64,000 nt of DNA, taken from Antedon mediterranea. Its lineage: Eukaryota; Animalia; Echinodermata. This document shows positions 1 to 12,000 of the stretch, piece by piece; within the stretch, counting starts at the first letter, position 1, and each line of letters opens with the position of its first letter. The stretch is from NCBI RefSeq assembly GCF_964355755.1, contig NC_092678.1, positions 202,422 through 266,421 on the forward strand, given 5' to 3'. The translations under genes and the position numbers were made by a program. The notes below the pieces were generated by a model, which worked only from the letters and a program-made list of their open reading frames with translations, had not been told where the DNA came from and searched no databases.

Positions 1-3000
1 TGCTATCTGTAAAGAGTTTTCCCTTGATAGCCTGACTTAGGCATTTAAGTTTGACCCCTGTCAAGCCACTGGACTGGGGCACTGACTCAATAGTCTCCAT
101 CATCAAAGTACTGACATCGAGGGGGCTTAGCAGCTTTTGAAGCTCAATAAACACAATGTAACAGTTCTCTAGTAATGTACTCTGAAAGTATAATTGTTAA
201 AAAATTCACCAAATAAAATTAAATTTGCAATTTTTTCTTAATATCTTTAGGTTACCAAGAAAAATATTGATATTAACAGATGAGCACATTTCCAACCAAC
301 CTGCGCTTTTCTGACGTAGTCTTCATCACGCTTCATAAAATCCTTAATTGAGCTAAACAGAGATCGTACATCTGATACAAAACGGCCATCCCCTTTTCCT
401 CCAGTTGTTCTAACATAAAAAGCAAAATAATTTAAGACGTGGTTCTCATACAATTGTACAAAAACTTGATATACAATAATTGGTCAGATGTTTACGCACT
501 ATTGTGGGTTCAGGTTCTACCCTAACCCACAGTAATTCCCCACAAAATTGAGAATTGAAAATTGAGTGAGAAGATTGGTAATATTTAATTACCACAGTAA
601 TTCCTGAGAATTACGAATTTGCGTTTACAAAAGAGGGTAAAACATCAGACAAATAAACTTTGCATTAGCTTTTATTATCATGATATGATATACATACTGT
701 TCGTATAGAATCCTTGAACGAATGCAGAATTTGAAAAGAAAATGAAACGAGCTGAAAGCACTGGATGCGTAGTCATGATTCATTTGAATGTTCTCAGTGA
801 CGCGTTGAAGATAAGAAAGTAAATACCTGGAAAAAGTGAAAAAGGTGAGCATTACAGAAGGAAATATTTTACAATAGTACATAGGATAACAGGATGTTGT
901 GATCTTTTTTAAAGCTCTGTCTACACTATCAAACTTTATGTAACAAAAAAATATGATGTGCCCATATATGCAACATGATGATGTCATATTACTATCATAT
1001 TTAGGAATATCACTACCATATTTGGGCACATCACGCTTTTTTTTTGTCAAACTAGTTTGATAGTGTAGATAGAGCTTAAGAAAGTGACTTTGTGGTACTT
1101 ACTTGTGAGCCAAAGCACCAGAAAAATGTCTTTCAATGTAAGTATCAAGAACGGTGGTAAACGACTTGAACCTACTGTCACGCAGAACGCCAATGATGTA
1201 AATCTATGAAAAGAAACACAATAATAATAATATCCTGAATTTATATAGCGCCTAATGTTGTGAAACTTCTGAATATTATTCCCCCAGTCATTTTTTGGAT
1301 CAAAAACGTATGGAAACATACTCCCATAATGCTGCTAGTAATCACTGCAAAGTTGTGTCATGATCTTAAACTGGGTTCTCATTTATACACCTGGGTGAAG
1401 AGAGGCAAACGTACGTAAAGTATATTGCCTAACGATACAAGCAATGCCGCGAAAGTTGGATTCGAATATTGATCACAATAATATATTCATATACCAATTA
1501 TTGTAATCACAAATGTTTTCATTTTAAAAATGGTTGCAATATTTGAATACTTACGAGTCCTTTGAAGACCAAGTCAGCATACTTCTCAGGATTGTCATCC
1601 AATATAGAAAAGAGTGTGTCAAGAACATCTTGCAAAATCTGTTATTAAAAACGAAACATGTACGGTATTAATCTAAAACGAAACATGTACGGTATTAATC
1701 TAAAACGAAACATGTACGGTATTAATCTAAAACGAAACATGTACGGTATTAATCTAAAACGAAACATGTACGGTATTAATCTAAATGTGGAACTGAGCAA
1801 ATGACACATTTGTATACTTATTTTCATAGTTTATGTACTTACCATTTTTATCGTACCATCATTCAGGAAAACCCCTCACAATGTAATAATAAGTTTATAC
1901 CATCATTCGGGAAAACCCCTCACAATGTAATAATAAGTTTGTGACCTACTTGAAAAGCCAAATCACACATTCTTATACCATGAAGGAATGCGTATACTCA
2001 CCCTAACAATATCTTGACCTCCGACCTTTGACAGCCTTCGTAACGTGTCTACAACATTGTTTGTATTTTTTTTCCAGCGTAAAAGATCTAACAAATTTAC
2101 TGTAAATAATGTTTTCAAAAATTACTAAAATCAAAGATGGTAAGTGTAAGCACTGACTTATTCTATGTTCAACAAGTGGGTTTATAAGAACAGACTTAAG
2201 TTGCATTAAGAATGGATTAGAGATGGAAAACGATTACATTGGGTCATGAGTAAACCTGTTTCCTGACATAAACATTACACAAAATGCTCTATGTTTAATA
2301 ATATAAAATATGTATTCGTCAGTTTTTATGTTCTAGCAATTAATGTCCTCATAGGATTGTAATGTTTTATATATTTATCAATGCTATTTTTATTTAGCAT
2401 ACAAGAAGATGTGATTTAGTTTTCGTTCTCCAAGTGTTATTTTGTTATGTAAATGGGCCAAAGGCCTAAATTACGAATAAAATGTCCTAAACCATGGGGT
2501 CTAGTAACGAAAACAAAAATATATGTACATATCCAATCTAAAGGCTGATTCGATCTTATTTGTTCTCATCAATATTATAGATCTATATTTAAACAATTGA
2601 AATAATTACCATTTTGTGTGAGCTTAGTTGAACAGATGGTTGTCTCTACGTGAAAGAATTCTCTAGGGCTTCTGGGATAGTTACTGTTATTCTGAGCGTT
2701 TATGGATTTGTTTGCGGTATCAGTTGTACTGAATGGCAGAACTAGGTACGCTGAAGGATTCTCAAATCGATTGTGATCCGTACACTAAAAATAAAGAATA
2801 CAAAACATTAGATATTATTTTTAATATATCTAGTGTATGATGGTCACCTACTGTGGTCACTATATCTAGTGTATGATGGTCACCTACTGTGGTCACTAGA
2901 ATTATACATTTACTGCAGTAATATATCTAGTGTATGATGGTCACCTACTGTGGTCACTAGAATTATACATTTACTGCAGCAATGCAAATCATGTTAACAT

Positions 3001-6000
3001 TTATTATACATTAACCAGGCTTGTGATCTGAAGGTCGTGGGTTCGAATCCCACCCGAGAACTACACCCAATTAATTTTATTTTGCTTTTTCATTAAAATG
3101 ACTTTAAGGGAACATGAAACATATTGGGTAAATGTTTATAAAAACATACTCTAAATGAAAAATAACAAGATTTTATACAAAATTTACAATCATATGTCTA
3201 TAATGGAAAATGATTAGCTTTTGTTCACCAAGCTATGAAAGGACATCAATACCAATGAAAGGTAAGCAGGCTTTATAAAACCCTTTATTTCAAAAAGCAA
3301 ATTGGTTGATACAGTTTTATATGACCTAAGTGTTTATACAGATTACTAATGACAACTAAAATATCTCTCAGCTCTTTAAAAAAAAGCCCTTATGAAACGT
3401 CACACTATCAATAGATATTTATTACAGTATTTAAAAAATATTACAAGTACGTTTAGGTTTTGGAATTTAAACAAAAAAATCATGAGCAAAATGACAGCAA
3501 TTCCTCATTTAAAATAAATACTATTCAGTTTTAGTTGTGTGTTAGTTTACCTTTCACAATGAACAGAAGTAAAAGTTGTTACAACAGTAATTGTAAGATA
3601 AATACAAGACAAATTGTATTTCATCTAAGTAATGTAATGTTTATTGAACAAGAACTTAAATGTCATCATCAATTGACTTGTTTAGTTTATTAGGAAAAAC
3701 GTTTTGGAATTAAATATGCAACAACTCACATTTCTTAGCTTGTCTGGAAGCTAAAATAATTAAACATATCACCGCAACATTACACATGAATGATAAATAC
3801 AGACATATTTCTAAAATAGATCTAATGAAAACATTCCATTAAGACCGTTAAATTATGTTTGAATAAATTCAAGTTGAATTTTAAATTAAACCATTGTGAC
3901 GGAGGATGTGTATTACACATGGCACTAATATCATGTTACGTTATTAATGTTACTTTATTTAAAAGAAGAAATGTTTAACTAATGTTCAGGTAAGACAATC
4001 TTTTTGAATTTAAAAAATCTAAACCCAACTAAACCACTAACCAAAGTAACCCAACTAAAATGTCAAAAGTTGTGTAACAAGCAAGTTGATTACCGTGTAA
4101 ACATATAGCTCATGGGGTCCATCATGCAATGTTGTCCCGTCGCCTTTCATCAACTTTACAAACGACATTCCAAATAACTTTCTCATGTTATTAGCTCTAT
4201 TACCTACAGCAAAATAAAATGTACGTATTATAAAGTTCATAAGATAGACAAATAAAACATGCATTATGTTACTGGGTTAGCAAGTATTACAGAATGCCAA
4301 TAATTACTACGTAAATCTGTTGCGATTACGGAGATAACAACTATGAAAACACAAATAAACTATGGTATGCTTGGCTTAAACTTATAGGGAACCCTCCAGT
4401 AAAACATAATAGTCAATAAACATTATCAATACTGCTGAAATAAGTTATAGCAATTAGGGAACCCTGCATATACAGTACCCCTCAATACTTGCTATTCTTA
4501 GGCCCAATCTTACATGCCCTGATCCCTGCGTATCAACCCTTGCTATCCCTACCATTTGGTAATGCTAGCCACCTCATCAATATATTCATTGCATAAACCG
4601 AATGAATCTCTTGGCAAATACATGACAACACTGTTCATATTTAAAATCTTCTCAATTATAAACCGTAGGTCCAGTGTACAGTTATAACCCGTGAGTGTGT
4701 ACTTTAAAGAACCCAGTTCATCATTCGAGACAAGTAGGGAACTGGTTCACAAAACAGCCCTGCATCAGGAGGATTACCACCTATCTCATAGGACGGTGAT
4801 TAATTTACTATTGGTAATCCTTGGCATAAAGAAAAAAAATAAAATAAAATTAAGTGTTTACCTGAACAGTGCCTAAATTCAAAGCGGATATGTGTGTCAT
4901 TGAACTTGTCAATGGGTATCATCAGTTTGATGATCTCGTTCCAGCGCGGCTGGTTGGTATGGCGATACACCACCGATTTATACTCCTCTACTGGCTTCTC
5001 TCCGTCACCAAGACAAATGCATGGCTGCAAAACATTCAACATTTTAATTATTAATGTGAACATTACAAGAATATGAAGAATGATGACATAAGAAATATAT
5101 CGCTAATTTTGTTAAAATGGTATAAATATAATTAAAAGCATTTGTTTAGTTTGTGTTATTCATAAAAAAAAGATCAAATCAGAAAATGTAAATAAATCAA
5201 ATTAACTTTTAAAATGATTTATACAGTAAGAAAAGCATAGTAGTCAACACATAAAACCATTATTTATTTGTTTGTTAAAATTAAAATATGAAAATTTAAA
5301 ATACAAAAGAGAAGACAGTTAAACATAGCACAATAGTTGACACACATAGAACATACAGCATACACGCTCATTTTAACATAGCACAATAGTTGACATATAG
5401 AACATACAGCATACACGCTCATTTTAACATAGCACAATAGTTGACACATAGAACATACAGCATACACGCTCATTTTAACATAGCACAATAGTTGACACAT
5501 AGAACATACAGCATACACGCTCATTTTAACATAGAACAATAGTTGACACATAGAACATACAGCATACACGCTCATTTTAACATAGCACAATAGTTGACAC
5601 ATAGAACATACAGCATACACGCTCATTTTAACATAGAACAATAGTTGACACATAGAACATACAGCATACACGCTCATTTTAACATAGCACAATAGTTGAC
5701 ATATAGAACATACAGCATACACGCTCATTTTAACATAGCACAATAGTTGACACATAGAACATACAGCATACACGCTCATTTTAACATAGAACAATAGTTG
5801 ATATATAGAACATACAGCATACACGCTCATTTTAACATAGCACAATAGTTGACATATAGAACATACAGCATACACGCTCATTTTAACATAGCACAATAGT
5901 TGACATATAGAACATACAGCATACACGCTCATTTTAACATAGCACAATAGTTGACATATAGAACATACAGCATACACGCTCATTTTAACATAGCACAATA

Positions 6001-9000
6001 GTTTACATATAGAACATACAGCATACACGCTCATTTTAACATAGCACAATAGTTGACATATAGAACATACAGCATACACGCTCATTTTAACATAGCACAA
6101 TAGTTGACATATAGAACATACAGCATACACGCTCATTTTAACATAGCACAATAGTTTACATATAGAACATACAGCATACACGCTCATTTTAACATAGCAC
6201 AATAGTTGACATATAGAACATACAGCATACACGCTCATTTTAACATAGCACAATAGTTTACATATAGAACATACAGCATACACGCTCATTTTAACATAGC
6301 ACAATAGTTGACATATAGAACATACAGCATACACGCTCATTTTAACTAGATATAAAATAATAACTTAAAACACAGTAAAACGCCTCCTTCAGGGGACACC
6401 CATTTTAAGCAGACACCCCTTATTAAGCGGATACCCTTTATTAAGCGGACACCCTTATTAACCGGACACCACTATTAAGCAGACACCACTATTAAGCAGA
6501 CACCACTATTAAGCAGACACCACTATTAAGCAGACACCACTATTAAGCGGACACCCCTTATTAAGCGGACACTTCCAATAAGGGAACACTATGTAAATAA
6601 CGTGGGGAAATAAATGTTTTAAAACTATACAGTCGTCTCGATTAACAGGACCTTTTGTTGAATCCTAATGATGGTGTTCCCGTCGTAACAGAGGAGTTTT
6701 ACTTAATTTAAATTGATACATTTAGTAAGTATATTTAAAAGAATAATGTTAAAATTCTAAATAAATAAGAAAAGCAGAATATAATAACCTGATAATAAAT
6801 AAAAAAGTTAAAAATCATCAATTAAATTGTAAAAAGTAAAACAAAGATTTAGTATACAGAATTCAACAATATTTGAGGCAAGTAATAATACATTAAAACA
6901 ATGCCATGCAATATAATATACATATTAAACAACGGGCATCCCATGCAATAGTTAGTAAGGAGAATCCATTTCAAAAAAATTACCTGCATAGAAAAAAAAA
7001 CAAATTTAAACAGCTACAAAAACTATAACATAAAGATGCAAAAAAAAAAATCAAATTCTAAAAGCGTATTTCAAGCGAAACATTCAACAAAACGGTGTGA
7101 GTAGCTTCGGCGACAGACATTAAAGAGTAAAAATGCAACGAACCACAATCTTGTTGTCAGTCAGTACATGCACGATTATTTCAACTTTGTTGCGGTCTTT
7201 TTCGAAATCCGCGGTATTAAGATGAATATAAACATCGTTGCGAACATCTCCTGTAAAATGACAACATTTATGATGAAATTATGACCAATGAAATGACTGT
7301 AATCAGTCAGTTTTAGAACGTACCATTTTACGCATGTTACTTCGGTCAATAACGCACACAGTTACTTCGACATTTTTTCCCGCAGTCTTTCCACCACGGT
7401 CAAATATTGCTCGATCAAGCACAACATAAAGATCGTTTCGTACATCGCCTGAGGTTATAAAAAATTGCTGAACCAAAAACATACAATCAAAGAAAACATG
7501 TTTTGCGGCCATTTTGAAATATAAACAATTTAGAATCATCAACAATTGCTGGCCTTACAAACTCAAGCAACTATTTAGAATTGTATAACCACATTGAAAT
7601 AAAAGTAAAAAATATAAAATAAAGGCTATATTAATGTTCCTATGCAATATCAGTGTTTGTGATAGCAATGCTAACTAAAGCTCTGTCTACACGATTTATC
7701 AAACTTTATGTGACAAAAAAGTGTGATGTGCATAAATATGGTAGTGATATGACATCATTATGTCCATATATGGGCACGTCACATTTTTTTGTCAACTAAA
7801 GTTTGATAGTGTAGACAGAGCTTAATGGTGAGAGTCCTGATGAGTCTACTAGAGTGACTCTACAGATATCAATACTATTCAAATTAATTATGCACATAAC
7901 AGCACAATTGTGTTGAAATACAGTTAAATTCGTGTAGTGCATTAAAGTACTACTAAATAAAGGCGGTCAAACATTACACTATTGACCGAATCAAGTGGAC
8001 GATTGTATAAGGCTAGGGTCACTGCACAACTGTAGAGGGCCTAATCTGAATATCGACAAAAATGATGTAAAAACCTGGCATAATGACATCAGCAAATCCA
8101 AGTTTTCTGGTGATTGACACGTTCTGTTTAAACAGCAATGGCTTTTCAATCTTAAGTTGTTCTAGTTCGCCATGAAGCATTCTCATTTCAATGATAACGC
8201 CTAAGAAAAAAAAAAGTATTAACAAGAGTGAGAGAGAGTTTAATATAGTATAACCCTAATGCCTGGTTTCTATTTAAATATACAGTCAACTCTCCTCAAT
8301 ACCGGACACCTTTGGGCCGGCCAAATATGTCTGGTTTTATGGAAAGTCTGGTACAGTATTTGGAATGTGTTTTAAATGCTAAAAATAAATTTGGGACCTT
8401 TTGGTCCTCAAAAAAAGTCTGGTATTGGGAGAATTTCTGGTTTTCAGAGAGTCCAGTATTGGGAAATTTCTGGTTTTCAGAGAGTCTGGTATTGGGAGAG
8501 TTTCTGGTTTCAGAGAGTCCAGTATTGGGAAAGTTGATTGTGTATTGTTGTTACGTGTCACTAACAAAAGAAGGAAAGTAGAAATCAATCATTTTGTATG
8601 CTATCAGAACATTGGTAGTTAATGAGAAGAAGTGCACGTGCTGAGTGAGTGTGCTTACCTAAGTTGGTGAAGAAGTGCACGTGCTGAGTGAGTGTGTTTA
8701 AGTGCACGTGCTGAGTGAGTGTGCTTAAGTGCACGTGCTGAGTGAGTATGCTTACCTAAGTTGGTGGTACTGGTTGGTAAACTCTTGCTGCTTTTGCCAG
8801 GTGTAATCAGCGTTTCATGAAGCGTAGAGAAATCATTGTCAGTATTTGCATTTACAAGACTGTGAAAACAAATTATTAGAAATTTAAGTCCCATGTGAGG
8901 TAGTTGACTAACGCTGACCTCAGTTAAAGTTTTGCTCCTTGGTTAGCCGACTTATTCTTATCCAGCCATAGAAATTATTAATATAATAATATACTAGATT

Positions 9001-12000
9001 TATATAGCGCCTAATGTTGTGAAACCTCTAAGTGCTGAACATTATTACCCCAGTCATTGTTTTTGGATCAAACATGTATGGAAACATACTCCCATAATGC
9101 TGCTAGTAATCAGCGCAAAGTTGTGTCATGATCTAATCGGGTTCTCATTTATACAGAGGCAATCGTAAGTAAAGTATTTTGCCTAAGGATACAAGCAATG
9201 CGGCAAGAGTTGGATTCGAACCTCGATCAGTAGTCGAACGTCCAACACACCCACACGCCCTTATGTCATCAATTTGATGAGTAGTGTGTCTGGGAAAGTC
9301 CATGAAAAGTTTCAATACTTACGTTATTTTAATCGGTTTTTCTTTTTCATTTGAGCTGGAATTATCAGCTGTGAGTAAGTCACTTAAACTTAACACTGTG
9401 GAAAAAACACAAATAAGATGCTAAGATAATTTAGCCTTGTTATATACTCAGGTATACTTTATTAATTAAAATGTGGCCAGACACTGAAACCATTGCAAAC
9501 ACACAAATGCCTACAAACAATGGACAAACTAACACTTTAAACATACTACAGTCAACTCTCCCAATACTGGACTCTCCCAATACTGGATTCTCCGAAAACC
9601 AGAAACTCTTGCAATACCAAACAGTCCCAAATTTCTTTTTACCATTAAAAACACATTCCGAATATCAGACTTTACGAGACATATTTGGCCAGTCAAAAAG
9701 GTGACAGGTATTAGGAGAGCTGACTGTAAAAAACAAATTGTTATATAAACAAATTAATATATGATTCAAAATGGAAAGTCATACATATATAAGAAACCAC
9801 GAACCTCCTACTCCAAAAGGCCTTCTGTAATCTTTTGGTCCTCTTCCTAACGTCGTTGACGGGTGAGGGTTCATTCGTCCAATGCGTACAATGTGACATG
9901 CTAAATAAATATCCTTCAACAAATCTTGATTGCCTAAATCCTACAACAACAACATGGTATGAATGCCAATATACCTAGATAAACCAACAATAGCCCATGC
10001 TCTCCAGAGGCCCAGATACGAAAAATCCTTTTACACTCCTGGACTACAATGTAGTAGTCCGCAACCACGCCCACAAATAAGTAATGATAAATAAATAATG
10101 ACTTACGCAAAAAATTGTTGATTGTTTGCCGATCATTTCCACATTATTGCTGACACCTTGTTTATTAATTTTTGCCAAATACCGTTCACTGTAAAAAATA
10201 AACAGAACTATTTAACAGATAATAGAACTGAATTGTAATTGTTTGTAACTACTGTGGAGTAGCTTTGCGTCAGGGAGTTGAGTAATTGGTCATATGTTTT
10301 GCCCTACTCTGACGTAATTTGTACTTCATACTAAGTACATTGAGAATACTGTACTTGCGAAAAAATATGCAAGTAATTCTCGGGTGGTACTCTATCCTAT
10401 GACCTCCAGATCACTAGCCTGGTGTTCATACTTCTAGACCACCGAGCTTGCGCTGATAGCTAGGGGTTAATAGAACGTAAATGTATAGTTAAATTCATTC
10501 ACCTAGTGAAGAAAAATCGTAGTGGTTTGTTTACCAAAATCTATTAATATTATTATGTATGTCTCGTTGATTTGTTTTAAATTTTACTGTGATTGTGATT
10601 TGTGTACTGGGCCCTTTGGAGAACAGTTTGTTTACTTAAGAGGTTACCCAGTATAAAGAATAAATAAATAAAAAACAGATGCGACCAGTTAATCTAGCAA
10701 TGCATACAGAGAAAATAATATTTCTATTTTACCTAAAATATGTTTGATTTGAGGCATTGTACAAGGTGAAGTAGACGTCTGCTTCTTCACCTGCCAAGGC
10801 ACAACCAAAGTTCTTCATGTTGAAATATATGTGATGTGATAATATTGTTTGCGTTCCTTCAAGAGCTGTACCCTATAAATAGAAAAAAAATAATAGTTGC
10901 TTTATTATCATTTTATTAAAGAAATACAGTACTTTACTGTGCTAGCTGCTTTAAAAAACCACTACTATGATGTGGGTATAAATAGGAATGCAAGCCATGA
11001 TTCAATATTTTGATCTATTTGTCATCAACATTTAAATGGTTTTAAATTTAAAAGCTCAAAATACAAATAGGCTCTATGCACTGTTTAGCACAAGTGTAAA
11101 AAAATGAAAAAGTTGATGCAAAATAAACCAGAAAAAAGCCTAATAAACCAAATAAATTGGCCAAGACAACAGAAAAAAAAGTCTGCAAAGTTGAATCATG
11201 GCTTGCCTCTCGTTATTTGGAGTCATTTTTATAATAGGAATGCATTTTGAGTCATTTTCATAAAATGTACTACACACTGGAAACCACATTTGTTGAGCTT
11301 CTGAGCCCACATATCCCAGTCATGCTTTGCATAAATATTAAACATAATATTGCATTGTTATAATTTAAAAAGCATGACTGCCATCTTAAAATACTAAACT
11401 ACAATTTTTAAGTTCATTGAAAAGGCCTAAAACGAAATGACTATTTGAAAAAAAATTAAACTTTAAATTAAATTGCATTTTATAAACATTTTTTTTCAAT
11501 AGGCAATAGAAAAAACATAAATACTAAGAATAAAATCTGATAAAAAATATTTAAATATTAAGATTCATAAAAAAACATTAAAAAATGTAATTACAAAATG
11601 AATGATTCCTAAACATTTTTATTTTTTTGTTATTTAAAAAATAAGATTCATATTAAAAAATCAATTTAATGTAAACAATTTATATAAAATTGCACATCAA
11701 AACAAATGTGACATTTTAATTTTGCTTAAAACAAGTTTCACAGTATTTGTTTAAAACTTGGTTGTTATGCTCAAATGTGGACCAATGTGAGTATTCAGAC
11801 AACTGATTAAAAGATAAAAGAACGAAAATAAAATATTACGGTTCTTGAACTTCAGTTATTAATACATACTGGTACAGCATTTTGTTGGTGTTAATAATAT
11901 TTAAACTAAATGCATACAATGTAATAATAACATAAAATCACCTACTGTAATAAATAAAAATAATTCACTAAATTATTAAAATTCCTCTATCTTTCTGCTT

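Noticed and set aside
3015-3062. tRNA-like sequence (anticodon-like arm GTG, GGTTCGAATCC)
   Set aside because: D-arm and acceptor stem are missing, and a related decayed inverse copy lies at ~17698-17750; most likely a SINE or tRNA-derived fragment
8655-8755. Coding extension of DOCK exon with KHTHSARAL repeats
   Set aside because: Intronic 27-bp repeat; the duplicate donor adds 97 nt and shifts the frame
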